Virus record (IMG/VR): IMGVR_UViG_3300044512_000115
Location: 1-33,884 of that record
Reading direction: 5' to 3' (one strand)
Length of the DNA stretch: 33,884 nucleotides
DNA from: a virus
Taxonomy: Duplodnaviria > Caudoviricetes
This document shows, piece by piece, positions 8,960 through 18,893 of this stretch (positions are counted from its first letter, which is position 1; each line of letters starts with the position of its first letter). The translations under genes and the position numbers were made by a program. Under the pieces are notes generated by a model. The model had not been told where the DNA came from. It saw nothing but the letters and a program-made list of their open reading frames with translations, and ran no database searches.

Positions 8960-9054
8960 ACGTAATTGAATTTCTAAACATTTGCAGCTTTGTAAAAGAG
9001 AAACAAAAAGCAGAAGCAGCACAGCGTAGAATGGAAGAACTAAAAAGAAGATGA
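8767..9054 (+). CDS. -1 frame extension of the 8279 gene (frameshift product C-terminus, ~258 aa fusion)
   Basis: Overlapping -1 frame opens at the T9 run; its stop overlaps the next ATG (ATGA 9051-9054). Confidence 0.65.
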   Translation: MQSISELNSNYSGLFESETGEDDRGEQDRNYGGSEGFGERWGWIATLDNLCNGDFTKRPYYEKMNVIEFLNICSFVKEKQKAEAAQRRMEELKRR

Positions 9055-9611
9055 ACGAATTAGTAACACCACATAGCACAATAAGGCAAGTACTAGAGGA
9101 CTTTGGCAATGAGATGCAAAAGGACTTAAAAGCACAGCTTGTTAAGGATAAGGCTTATGTTTCTGGAGACTTAGCAGAGCAGATAGAGTTTACTGCTGTA
9201 GTAAATGGTAAAGGTTACTTGTTTCAACTTAAACTTAAAGACTATTACGATTATGTAAACAAGGGAGTAAACGGTACTAAGACAGTTAAGAATAACACAC
9301 CTTACTCTTATATGTCGGCTAGTAAAATACCTTTTTACTTTGCTAAACAGTGGATGAATAATAAAGGTTTATTTGTAGCTAAAGGAACTACGATAACAAG
9401 TTTGGCAGGAAAGCAGTATAAAGCAGGCTCTAAAGACTCGCAGGCTTTTGCAATGGCTAGAAGTTGGAAACAGAACGGTATAAGAGGTAACCACTTTTAT
9501 GACAAGGTAGTGACAGAGGCGAGAATAGAGAAACTACAAAAAGACTTAGCAGAGGCAGGAGCTAAAGATATAAGTACTATAATAACTGACACATTTAAAA
9601 AACTAAAATAA
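9051..9611 (+). CDS. Putative tail completion/neck protein (HK97 gp10-like)
   Basis: SGDLAEQI...YYDYVNKGVNG...GIRGNHFY pattern and position. Confidence 0.5.
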   Translation: MNELVTPHSTIRQVLEDFGNEMQKDLKAQLVKDKAYVSGDLAEQIEFTAVVNGKGYLFQLKLKDYYDYVNKGVNGTKTVKNNTPYSYMSASKIPFYFAKQWMNNKGLFVAKGTTITSLAGKQYKAGSKDSQAFAMARSWKQNGIRGNHFYDKVVTEARIEKLQKDLAEAGAKDISTIITDTFKKLK

Positions 9612-10808
9612 ATGGCAATAACTATACTAGCAACTCCTAAAGATTTTGCGCCTGTTTATAACAAAATGGAGTACCTTATTGAGTCCACTAATGTAGCAGA
9701 GCCAAACTTTGCATACTTAGTAGATGTCTATATTAATTTTGCAGTAACTAAAACAGTACGTTTAAGAATCCCTGCAAGACCATCGGACAACAAGGGAAAG
9801 GTAGACATCCATAGAGTACTAGAGTCGGCTCTAACAAGTGATGTAGGTGATCCTACAGGAACGGATGCTTTTTATAAAGCTACTAATAGCTCACTAAGTT
9901 ATATCGTAAAGTTTGGCGAGGAATACGGCACTACAGTAGTACAATATCCAGACGAAGAAATAGACATAAGCAGAAAGGCTTTTAATGCATCTTTAGAAAA
10001 GCGACCTTTTATAAATTGGGATGAAACAGATTACGAGTTAAATGGTACTAAGAAAAAATTTCTTACTAATATGCCTGACAATAACAAGGTGTCTTTAAAC
10101 TCTCATGGATGGCTTTATTTTAGAGGGTTTCCTTCAATGTTGATTTTTCGTTATTTAGCAAGTGGAGCTACCTCTATAGTTCAAATAGATGCTTCTCCAA
10201 TTCCTCCTACAAATATAAGATTTGTGCCATCTGCTCCTGCTACTTTAAATAACATAGACCCCTCGTGGATTACTATAGGCTCGCAGCCTATTATTACAGA
10301 TGATACGCTTAGATATTATATAATGGGATTAGATGGGGGCGGTATCGCTGCCTCAGAAAAGAAATATTTTGTACTAGAGGAAAGCTGTAAGTACAATGCT
10401 AATACTTTAATATTCCAAAACAACTTAGGAGCATTTGATAGCTTTACTTTTTACTTAGGCGATATATCTATGACTGACATAGAACGTAAAGACATGAAGG
10501 TAAATGTAGATACTGTGGTAGGCAACGATATAGTGTACTCAATGAATGAGCGCGAAAAGGTTACATACTACACAAAGAAAAGCGAAACTATTAAGCTAAT
10601 GTCTGACTGGATCTCAGAGGAGGAGAGCAACTGGTTACTAGAGCTAATGTCTAGTCCTGAGATATACCTACAGAATGGGGACGAACTAACAGCAGTAGCT
10701 AAGATTAAAGCAACTAACTACACTAAAAAGAAAGTAGTAAGAGATAAGCTATTTAAAATTGAAGTAGAGCTAGAGCTAGGATATGATGACTACAGACAAA
10801 GGATGTAA
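9612..10808 (+). CDS. Virion tail structural protein
   Basis: Position; C-terminal FQNNLGAFDSFTF...SDWISEEE...LMSSPEIY recalled from Bacteroidota phage tail proteins. Confidence 0.6.
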   Translation: MAITILATPKDFAPVYNKMEYLIESTNVAEPNFAYLVDVYINFAVTKTVRLRIPARPSDNKGKVDIHRVLESALTSDVGDPTGTDAFYKATNSSLSYIVKFGEEYGTTVVQYPDEEIDISRKAFNASLEKRPFINWDETDYELNGTKKKFLTNMPDNNKVSLNSHGWLYFRGFPSMLIFRYLASGATSIVQIDASPIPPTNIRFVPSAPATLNNIDPSWITIGSQPIITDDTLRYYIMGLDGGGIAASEKKYFVLEESCKYNANTLIFQNNLGAFDSFTFYLGDISMTDIERKDMKVNVDTVVGNDIVYSMNEREKVTYYTKKSETIKLMSDWISEEESNWLLELMSSPEIYLQNGDELTAVAKIKATNYTKKKVVRDKLFKIEVELELGYDDYRQRM

Positions 10809-13757
10809 ATGGTAAAAGAGAAACTTATAATAGAAGGAGTTGACATTCCAATAGACAAAGGTATAAGTACAGTGCTAACTTTTAGCATTAAGGATATTCA
10901 GCAACCTGATAAGGTAAAGTCTAGCTTTAGTAAAACAATTAAACTACCAGGAAGTAAAGCAATAAATGACAAGCTAAATTTTATCTTTGAGGTTAACTCA
11001 GATTCTACATTTAACCCTAACTTAAAACTAGATGCTACTTATTTTCAAAATGACATAGCAGTATTTAGCGGTTTTATTCAATTAAAAGACATTCACAAAA
11101 AAGACTATAACCAAGTTGAGTATAGTGTAGTGCTATTTGGAGAAACTGCTAACATATTTAGAGAGCTAGGTAATAAGTTTCTGAATGACTCAGGCATGAA
11201 CTGGCAAGAGCTAGATCATGACTATACAAGAGTAAACCAAGAAAACAGCTGGGATACTAGCTACATTCTTAACGGAGTGGTTACTCCTTTTGCTTTAGGA
11301 GAGGGATACGTTTACCCAATGATCAACTACGGTAACGACACAGATATAAATGTATATAATGTCAATGAGATGTTCCCTGCTGTTTATGCAAAGGAATACA
11401 TCGACAGAATGTTTTTAGATGCAGGCTATACCTATACATCTAACTTTTTTAATGCTTCATTGTTTAGACATTTAATTATACCTTTTAACGGTAAAGAGTT
11501 TAGTCCATTACAATCTACTTTATTAGCTAGAAAGATAGAAGCAAATACTCCTTTATTTATATCTAGTGGTTTAAATAATTACACTTTAGATACATCTTTA
11601 TATCCTGAGTCAGATTGGCAATCAAATACTATAAAACTAAGTAATGAGCTAGTAGATGCCAATAACCAATATAACCCAACTACTGGAACTATTACGGTAG
11701 GAGAAAATGGAACTTATAGAATTACTTTTGATGTAACCTTACAAATAGACACTACTCCAGATGCAGGAGCAGCTGCAGGAGGAGATATTAAAGCAGCTAC
11801 AGGCGCAGGAGGAGTAACTTTATTTATAAATAAATTCGGTTTAAAAGTTAACGGAACAGATGTAAATACATCAACTGCTTATGCTTATGCTACAAATCTA
11901 ACTCCTGCAGTAACCTATTCAACAGCAAACCCTAGCACATATCCAGACACTAACTTTAGAGAAAGTAACGGATTGACAGATAGGAACTATAACCCTCCTA
12001 ATAAATATCAATTAAATGTAGATATACAATTACAAGCAGGAGATGTATTAACTATAGATTTACTTTCAAAATGGGAGGGGATAGCGTATGAAGATGACTC
12101 AGTAATTCCTAGCATATTTTATCCTTACATAGATTCTAACCTTTCTAACTTTCCAAATTTAGGATATTTTGTAGATTTTAAAATTATAATGCTAGATGCT
12201 TTCCTTTCTTTTGATGTGATAGACTCATACTACTCAGAGGGCGATACTATAGATATGTTTACTGTGATTCCTGACAAGGTAAAACAAAGAGACTTTTTAA
12301 CGTCTATTATAAAGATGTTTAACCTTTATATGATACCTGACGAGAACAACCCTAAGAATATTATAATAGAACCTAGAAAGGACTTTTATACTACAGACAT
12401 AATAGACTGGAGCGATAAGCTAGATTATTCTCAGGAGCATACTTTAACACCAACAGCAGTAACTAATAAACAAAAATATACATACACGTATAAAAAGGAT
12501 GGCGATTACTACAATAAGAAATATGAAGAAAGCTGGCTAGATGTCTATGGCACTAGAGATGTTTACCTAGAGAATGACTTTAACAAGACAGAGCATAAAA
12601 CAGAGTTAATCTTTTCTCCTACTCCAATGGTCGGGCAATTAGCAAACAATAGAGTAATAAGTACTATTATAGATGTAGATGAAACACTACAGCAAAAGAC
12701 TATTAAAAGTAATATTAGAATACTTTACTATTCAGGATTAAAGAACAGTAGTAATAACTGGGTGCATGAAGCAATCGCAGGAGATGTATTTAGAGGCGAG
12801 TATCCTTTCGCTGCACATTTTAACGATCCTTATGTAGCAAGTATAGATATTAATTTCGGCTTACCTAAAGAGATTTATTACGATAATACATTTCAAACTA
12901 TTACTATAACTAATAACAATCTTTACGAAACATATCACAGAAAAGAATTAGAGCAGCTTACAGACAAAGATAGTAAAATATTTAAAGGCTATTTTTTGCT
13001 TAACCCTACGGATATAGCAAACCTATCTTTTAGACCTAGTTACTTTTTTGACAATGAATACTGGACACTGCACAAGGTTATGTATGCAAGCTCTGAATAC
13101 AAGCCTAGTAAATGTGAGTTTTTAAAACTAAAAGCAGTACCTACGCCAACAGTTATAACTGAGGAGATTATAGGAGTAGGCTTTAAGTTAATAGGAGATG
13201 AGGAAGCTCCTAAGATGTTTCAAGATGTATTGTCTGGAAATAATATACTAAACATGAAGTCTAGCCATGTGGATGGATTAAATAACTTTATAGACAAGTC
13301 TGCAATGTTTGTAGATATTAAAGGAGACAATAATAAGGTATTCACAGAAAGTAAAAACATAACTATTCAAGGAGACAATAACGTAATAGAGTCTAACCTA
13401 GAAAACATAACCCTAATTAATACAAGCGGAGTAACGGTAACGGAATCAAATATAACTTACATTAACGGAGAGATAAAAGGAACTGGAAGCGTAGAAACTA
13501 TAACTACAAATACTACAGCAGATGAAAAGGTAAGTACTTACTTATGCGATACCTCAGGGGGAACTATAGCAATATCATTGCCTGACTCTCCGACTGTCGG
13601 AAAGGTTTGGAACTTTAAAAAGATAGCTATAAACAATACCTTACAAATAAGAGTGAATGCACCCAACTCTATAGATGGACTTTTAGTTAAAAACATAACA
13701 GCTTTAAATAACTCCTATACTTTACAATTTGATGGAGCAACTTACAAAATAATATGA
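10809..13757 (+). CDS. Large tail tip/baseplate hub protein
   Basis: 982 aa; SFSKTIKLPG, YPMINYG, DFLTSIIKMFNL, DWSDKLD motifs; beta-repeat C-terminus. Confidence 0.65.
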   Translation: MVKEKLIIEGVDIPIDKGISTVLTFSIKDIQQPDKVKSSFSKTIKLPGSKAINDKLNFIFEVNSDSTFNPNLKLDATYFQNDIAVFSGFIQLKDIHKKDYNQVEYSVVLFGETANIFRELGNKFLNDSGMNWQELDHDYTRVNQENSWDTSYILNGVVTPFALGEGYVYPMINYGNDTDINVYNVNEMFPAVYAKEYIDRMFLDAGYTYTSNFFNASLFRHLIIPFNGKEFSPLQSTLLARKIEANTPLFISSGLNNYTLDTSLYPESDWQSNTIKLSNELVDANNQYNPTTGTITVGENGTYRITFDVTLQIDTTPDAGAAAGGDIKAATGAGGVTLFINKFGLKVNGTDVNTSTAYAYATNLTPAVTYSTANPSTYPDTNFRESNGLTDRNYNPPNKYQLNVDIQLQAGDVLTIDLLSKWEGIAYEDDSVIPSIFYPYIDSNLSNFPNLGYFVDFKIIMLDAFLSFDVIDSYYSEGDTIDMFTVIPDKVKQRDFLTSIIKMFNLYMIPDENNPKNIIIEPRKDFYTTDIIDWSDKLDYSQEHTLTPTAVTNKQKYTYTYKKDGDYYNKKYEESWLDVYGTRDVYLENDFNKTEHKTELIFSPTPMVGQLANNRVISTIIDVDETLQQKTIKSNIRILYYSGLKNSSNNWVHEAIAGDVFRGEYPFAAHFNDPYVASIDINFGLPKEIYYDNTFQTITITNNNLYETYHRKELEQLTDKDSKIFKGYFLLNPTDIANLSFRPSYFFDNEYWTLHKVMYASSEYKPSKCEFLKLKAVPTPTVITEEIIGVGFKLIGDEEAPKMFQDVLSGNNILNMKSSHVDGLNNFIDKSAMFVDIKGDNNKVFTESKNITIQGDNNVIESNLENITLINTSGVTVTESNITYINGEIKGTGSVETITTNTTADEKVSTYLCDTSGGTIAISLPDSPTVGKVWNFKKIAINNTLQIRVNAPNSIDGLLVKNITALNNSYTLQFDGATYKII

Positions 13758-13903
13758 CATACATTCCAGACATATATAGCGGAGTTAATTACATTTCTCC
13801 TACCAATATTTTAACGATCATCCAATACAGTCAAATGATTAACTATGGAGGTTTAAATGTGCAGGGCGTACTTGTAATAAATGGAGACTTAATACTAAAA
13901 TAA
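13754..13903 (+). CDS. Hypothetical 49 aa protein (MTYIPDIYSG...GDLILK), probably structural
   Basis: Hand-translated; ATGA overlap with the upstream gene and fills the gap. Confidence 0.6.
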   Translation: MTYIPDIYSGVNYISPTNILTIIQYSQMINYGGLNVQGVLVINGDLILK

Positions 13904-13908
13904 AACAA

Positions 13909-14562
13909 ATGGCAAATATACAAATAGGCACAGCAGCAGGCACTACTTTAGGCAACCCTCCTAGTGGAGACTTTTACATTTTTATAGATAGCGATAACGC
14001 TAACGCTTACACTTTAAGAGATAGTGTAGGAACGGATACAATACTAGGAACTCCTAATCCTGCGACCTTATACGGTCTTTATTCGCAAACTGTTCAAAGT
14101 GCAACACTAACCAACACAACTACAGAAACAAGTATTATAGGAAGTGGGCAAGGTAGCTTGACTGTGCCTGCTGACTTTTTTACCGTTGGTGATAGTTATC
14201 ATGGAAAGATAGGAGGAGTCATTTCTGCACAAAATGGCGATAGTATAACTATAAGAATAAAGACAGGAGCAACAGTATTAGCATCTACTGGAGCAATAAC
14301 CTTAAGTCCAGTTACTGCTTTAGGATGGGAGCTAGAGATTGACTTTACGATAGCAACTATCGGAGCAACTGGAGACATTTGCACTAATGGAAATTTTGCC
14401 TACAACAGAGACACAGGAAGTTTAGAGGGGTTTGTTTTTCAAGACGTACAACCAATAGACACTACCTCAGCTAATACGTTAGACATTACTGTAGAATGGG
14501 GTCAAGCTAAAACCCAAGACCAAATATACAGCGCGAACTTTGTATTATTTAAAACTTACTAA
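13909..14562 (+). CDS. Putative tail fiber/structural protein
   Basis: T/G/S-rich beta protein in the tail block. Confidence 0.55.
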   Translation: MANIQIGTAAGTTLGNPPSGDFYIFIDSDNANAYTLRDSVGTDTILGTPNPATLYGLYSQTVQSATLTNTTTETSIIGSGQGSLTVPADFFTVGDSYHGKIGGVISAQNGDSITIRIKTGATVLASTGAITLSPVTALGWELEIDFTIATIGATGDICTNGNFAYNRDTGSLEGFVFQDVQPIDTTSANTLDITVEWGQAKTQDQIYSANFVLFKTY

Positions 14563-14565
14563 GAT

Positions 14566-16617
14566 ATGGCAGAAATAGTAGCATTAGAATTCGCATTAGA
14601 CGCAAACAAAGCTCAGATGACTCTAGGAGACTTAGAGGAGGGCTTCGATGCAATGCAGAAAAGACTTAGGAAAGTCGGTAGGGGTAGCGAGGAGTTCAAA
14701 CAGCTTTCTACTGCAATGGCTCAAACTACAGCAGAAATTAAGAACATAGAGCTAGGCTTTGAAGGTTTGGACAGAGAGCAGATAGCTAGTGAGCTCGGAA
14801 GCGTTGCGGGTGGTATCGGAGATATTACAGCTAGTCTAGTTTTACTAGGTGGTGAAAATGAAACTATTGAGCAAATAGGAGCATCCATTGAGAAAGCTAT
14901 GGCTATTTCTATGGGGTTTAAAGGAGCGATAGAAGGGTTAAGCTCTGCGCGAAAGCTACATAACAATCTTTTACAAGATGGCACTATTCAGCAAGTAAAA
15001 GAAACAATAACCACAAGCATAGCAACAGCTAAAACATGGTTGCTAGATGGAGCTAAAAAAGCGTATGCAGTAACTACAAAATTATTAACTGGACAAATAA
15101 AAATAGCAACAGTAGCGCAAAGGGTTTTTAATGCAGTTTTGAAAGCTAACCCTATTGCGTTATTAATTACAGCTTTTGTAGCAGCAGGAGCAGCTTTAAT
15201 AGCATTTGCTTCTAGCACAAAAAAAGCAAGCAGGGAGCAAGAAATATTAAAAGAGATACAAGAGGATGTAATAAGTGGAATGGCAAGCGAGCAGGCAGAG
15301 CTAGAAAGATTAGTAGCTATTGCAAAAGATGAAACGCAAACCCGACACGCTAGAAACAAAGCAATACAAGAGCTAAACAAATTAAGTCCAGAGTACTTAG
15401 GTAACTTAACCCTAGAAACTATAAACACTAAGGAAGCGACTGCTGCGATAGATTCTTATACTGAATCGTTAATTTCTCAAGCTAGAGCTAAGGCGCTACA
15501 AGAAAAGTTAAACAAAGCAGTAGCTAGGCAAATGGAGCTAGAGACACAAGGACTAGAAACAAGTGAAGCTGCTTATGGAGCATTAGGGACTATGCTTGGT
15601 TTTCAAGCAGAAGGCTTGCAGGCATCTCTTGAAGCTAGAAAAGAAAACATAAAAGCAGCAGAGGATGAAGTAGAAGCTATATTAAACCTAATAAAAGCAG
15701 AGAATAAACAACTAGAGTCCCAAGGTGTAGCAGCATTAGCCATGTCAGGCTTTGCAATAGATGTAGGAGCATTAGAAAAGAGAGTAGCAGAAGCAAAAGC
15801 TAAAAGACTAAAAGACCAACAAGAAGCAGATAAAAAAGCATTTGAAGAAAGGAAAGCAAGGCGAGATATTGAGCTAGTAGAAACAAAAGATTTTAACGAG
15901 GAAATGTATGTAGAGGAGGAAGAAAAGACCTACCATATGTTAAACTTTATGAAGTTAATACAAGAGCAAAAAGCAGCAGACCACGAAAAAGAATTAGCAA
16001 GAATAGAAGCAGAAAGGCAAGCTAAAATAGAAGCAGCTCAACAATCTATGGACTTAGCCTTAACTACTTTAAATGCAATCTCAGATGTTTCTAATACTCG
16101 CGCAGATGAAGACTTAAAAGCGGAGGAGGACAGGTTTAATAATTTAAGAGCTACAAAACAATTAACAGAAAAACAAATAGCAGCAGAGGAGGCTAAAAGC
16201 GCAAAGATAAAAGATGACATTCGCAAAAGACAATTTGAGAATGATAAAAAAATGCAGATAGCAATGGCTGCAATAAATGGAGCGCAAGCCTTAACAAGTA
16301 TATTTGCACAGTATCCTAAGTTCGATGGTGGGTTTGCAATGATAGCAGCTCTAGCAAGTTCTGTAATTACTACAGCAGCAACTATAGCAAAGATTAAAGC
16401 TACTACTTTCCAAAGTACTCCTGCGCCTGCCTTGCCTGCAATAGATAGCGGAGATGGAGGAGCAGCAGGAGCATCCACAGCAGCAGGAGGAGCAGCAATA
16501 ACTCCAGTTAGTAACACTAGCACAATACTAGGAGGTCAACAAGTATTTGTAACTGAAACAGACATAACAGAAACACAAAACAATGTAAGCGTAATAGAAG
16601 AGAGCGCAACTTTTTAA
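14566..16617 (+). CDS. Tail tape measure protein
   Basis: Ala-rich helical/coiled-coil sequence, ANPIALLITA motif, hydrophobic segments. Confidence 0.8.
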   Translation: MAEIVALEFALDANKAQMTLGDLEEGFDAMQKRLRKVGRGSEEFKQLSTAMAQTTAEIKNIELGFEGLDREQIASELGSVAGGIGDITASLVLLGGENETIEQIGASIEKAMAISMGFKGAIEGLSSARKLHNNLLQDGTIQQVKETITTSIATAKTWLLDGAKKAYAVTTKLLTGQIKIATVAQRVFNAVLKANPIALLITAFVAAGAALIAFASSTKKASREQEILKEIQEDVISGMASEQAELERLVAIAKDETQTRHARNKAIQELNKLSPEYLGNLTLETINTKEATAAIDSYTESLISQARAKALQEKLNKAVARQMELETQGLETSEAAYGALGTMLGFQAEGLQASLEARKENIKAAEDEVEAILNLIKAENKQLESQGVAALAMSGFAIDVGALEKRVAEAKAKRLKDQQEADKKAFEERKARRDIELVETKDFNEEMYVEEEEKTYHMLNFMKLIQEQKAADHEKELARIEAERQAKIEAAQQSMDLALTTLNAISDVSNTRADEDLKAEEDRFNNLRATKQLTEKQIAAEEAKSAKIKDDIRKRQFENDKKMQIAMAAINGAQALTSIFAQYPKFDGGFAMIAALASSVITTAATIAKIKATTFQSTPAPALPAIDSGDGGAAGASTAAGGAAITPVSNTSTILGGQQVFVTETDITETQNNVSVIEESATF

Positions 16618-16627
16618 ATAAATAGAT

Positions 16628-17857
16628 ATGGAAAAAATAGAAGTATTTGAATTAGTAATAGATACAGATGACGAGTCTGGAGTAACTGCTATAGCTTTAG
16701 TAGATCAACCAGCAATAGAAAGTAATTGGATGGCATTTAGCAAACAGTCGGAGTATAAGTTTAATATTAAAGACGAAGAGAAAAGAATAATAGAAGGATA
16801 CTTTATGGTTGCCGATTTACTTATCCCACGAATAGGAGAGAATGGAGAAAAGTTCTTTGTAAAGTTCTCAGCTAAGACAATAGAACAAATAAGAGAAAAG
16901 CAGAGTAGACTAGGTTTAAACAACAACTTTAATTTAATGCATGATCCTAGACAAATAGCAGAAGGGGTTTATATGTTAGACAACCTTATTATAGACAATG
17001 AACGTGGAAAGGTAGCACCTAAGGAATTTGAGAAAGTACCTAACGGTAGTCTGTGGGGTTCTGCAAAAGTTGATAACGATGAAATATGGGAGCAAGTAAA
17101 GAACGGAGAGTTTACAGGCTTTAGTGTTGAGGGTATGTTTAAACAACTTGAGCCAGTTACAATGGATGAAGATTTGATAAACAAACTAAGACAAATAATA
17201 CTAGGTTTTGAAAAAAGTATAGATGACAATGTACAACTAATAAATAAACAAACAATAGACAATATGAGTAAAGAAACTTTAGACAAAGTAAAGAGCTTAA
17301 TTTTTGGCGAAGAAACAACAGAGGTAGCTGTAGAGGCAACTCCAGAAGTAACCGAAGTTAAGTTGATGGCTGCAGAGTTAGCAGATGGAACAATGGTAAA
17401 CATCGAGCCTGCTTTAGAAGTTGGTGCAATGGTAACCGTAGAAGTAGAAGGAGAAGTAGCTCCAATGCCTAACGGAGACTATCCACTAGCTGACGGAACT
17501 GTAGTAACTGTAATGGAGGGAGCAATCACCGACATTAAAGAAGTAGAAGCAGAGGAAGAGGAAGCAATGGAAACAGAAGCAACTCCAAAAGCTGAAACAA
17601 TAACAGAGGCTAAGATCAGAAAGATTATCGAAAGCACTGAAACTGTATTTAATGAGCAGATTGCTAAAATCTCTGAGGAACTAGAAACAGTAAAAGCAGA
17701 GTTTGCTAAATACAAAGAAGAAGCAGACACAAAAGAGAAAGCTATGTTTTCAGCAGTAGAGGAGTTAGCAAATGAATCTAGCGTAGCACCAATTAAAAAG
17801 AAAAGAAGCGGAGTAATTTCTCCTAAAAAGAAATCAATTTTTACAGTAAATAAATAA
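16628..17857 (+). CDS. Prohead protease (XkdF-like serine protease) fused to an acidic scaffold
   Basis: ALVDQPAIES, FNLMH, GSLWGSAKV, GFSVEGMF; acidic C-terminal half; upstream of the capsid gene. Confidence 0.8.
   Translation: MEKIEVFELVIDTDDESGVTAIALVDQPAIESNWMAFSKQSEYKFNIKDEEKRIIEGYFMVADLLIPRIGENGEKFFVKFSAKTIEQIREKQSRLGLNNNFNLMHDPRQIAEGVYMLDNLIIDNERGKVAPKEFEKVPNGSLWGSAKVDNDEIWEQVKNGEFTGFSVEGMFKQLEPVTMDEDLINKLRQIILGFEKSIDDNVQLINKQTIDNMSKETLDKVKSLIFGEETTEVAVEATPEVTEVKLMAAELADGTMVNIEPALEVGAMVTVEVEGEVAPMPNGDYPLADGTVVTVMEGAITDIKEVEAEEEEAMETEATPKAETITEAKIRKIIESTETVFNEQIAKISEELETVKAEFAKYKEEADTKEKAMFSAVEELANESSVAPIKKKRSGVISPKKKSIFTVNK
17232..17263 (+). promoter_or_regulatory. Putative phage late promoter 2, inside the protease gene
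   Basis: TACAACTA-ataaataaacaa-ACAATAGACAAT directly before in-frame ATG 17264. Confidence 0.75.
17264..17857 (+). CDS. Nested in-frame scaffolding protein (MSKETLDKVK..., 197 aa)
   Basis: In-frame Met213 preceded by the late motif; Glu-rich, two LADGT.V repeats, coiled coil, basic C-terminus. Confidence 0.65.
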   Translation: MSKETLDKVKSLIFGEETTEVAVEATPEVTEVKLMAAELADGTMVNIEPALEVGAMVTVEVEGEVAPMPNGDYPLADGTVVTVMEGAITDIKEVEAEEEEAMETEATPKAETITEAKIRKIIESTETVFNEQIAKISEELETVKAEFAKYKEEADTKEKAMFSAVEELANESSVAPIKKKRSGVISPKKKSIFTVNK

Positions 17858-17872
17858 TAAAACAAAATAATT

Positions 17873-18811
17873 ATGGCATTTGATTTAAGCGCATTAAGCG
17901 CATACATAGAAGACCAAGACTTTCCTTTAATTGCGCAGATGCAAGCAACTGGAGGACTAGCAGAAGTAGCTGACATCCAAACAGGAATTAAGGGTAGCTC
18001 AAACTTACAGTTTTTAACTACAGATGTAGTCTTTGGTTCTGACTCTTGTACTAGAACTGGAGCAGACACTACTACATTATCTCAGCGTACTATTACAGTC
18101 GGAGCTATTGCAGTTTCAGAAGACCTTTGTATTAAAGACCTTAACGGATACTGGGCGCAAGTTCTAGTAAAGAAAGGAGCAGCAGGAGAGGAAGAAATGC
18201 CTGCAGAAATTGAAGCAGTTTACATGGAGAAGAAAATGAACGCTTTAGCTAACGCTTTAACTATCTCGGATTTTCAAGGAGACACATTGAGTGGAACAAA
18301 CAACCTTTCATACTACGATGGTCTTTTGAAAATTGTAGATGCAGGAGCAGCAGTAAATGGCAACACAGGATCGGTAACGGTTGCAACTGGAATTTCTAGC
18401 TCTAACGTACTAGACATCTTAGATGGTATGTGGGAAAGCATCCCTGACAATATCTCAGAAGCAGACGACCTTTCATTATGGGTTCCAACATCAGTTTACA
18501 AAAAATATGTTATCGCATTGAAAAACGCTAACTTATTCCACTACTCTGGAGATGGCGAGCAAGTAAACCTTTACGGTACAAATGTAGCTTTACGTTCTAC
18601 TGTAGGACTACCGGGAGCAGCAGGAAGCGAGAGAATGATTTTAACTAGAAACTCTAACATCGTAATTGGAATGGACGGAGATTCTGACGAAGACGCAATG
18701 TCCGTTAGATTAGACCCAGTATCTGAGAAGAGCATTTTCTTTGATGTTACTTTCAAGCGAGGAGTACAAGTAAGATTTGTGGACGAAGTGGTAGAATTTA
18801 CTTTAGCTTAA
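17873..18811 (+). CDS. Major capsid protein
   Basis: 312 aa after protease/scaffold; SEDLCIKDL, FQGD...YDGLLK motifs; followed by a terminator. Confidence 0.85.
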   Translation: MAFDLSALSAYIEDQDFPLIAQMQATGGLAEVADIQTGIKGSSNLQFLTTDVVFGSDSCTRTGADTTTLSQRTITVGAIAVSEDLCIKDLNGYWAQVLVKKGAAGEEEMPAEIEAVYMEKKMNALANALTISDFQGDTLSGTNNLSYYDGLLKIVDAGAAVNGNTGSVTVATGISSSNVLDILDGMWESIPDNISEADDLSLWVPTSVYKKYVIALKNANLFHYSGDGEQVNLYGTNVALRSTVGLPGAAGSERMILTRNSNIVIGMDGDSDEDAMSVRLDPVSEKSIFFDVTFKRGVQVRFVDEVVEFTLA

Positions 18812-18833
18812 TAAAGTAAAACAATTAACTAAG

Positions 18834-18867
18834 AGAGGGGTGGGTAAAGTGCCTTACCCCTTTTTTT
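18834..18867 (+). terminator. Intrinsic terminator after the capsid gene
   Basis: AGGGGT...ACCCCT stem followed by a T run. Confidence 0.75.
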
Positions 18868-18893
18868 ATAAACATTAAAAAAAATATAACATT

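Noticed and set aside
3658-16306. TATATTTG matches inside coding regions (3658, 4641, 16299)
   Set aside because: Expected by chance in AT-rich DNA and not near gene starts; only intergenic copies were called.
16605-16630. GCAACT...AATAGATATG before the protease start as a late promoter
   Set aside because: Box spacing is 6 nt shorter than in the three true copies and both boxes are degenerate.
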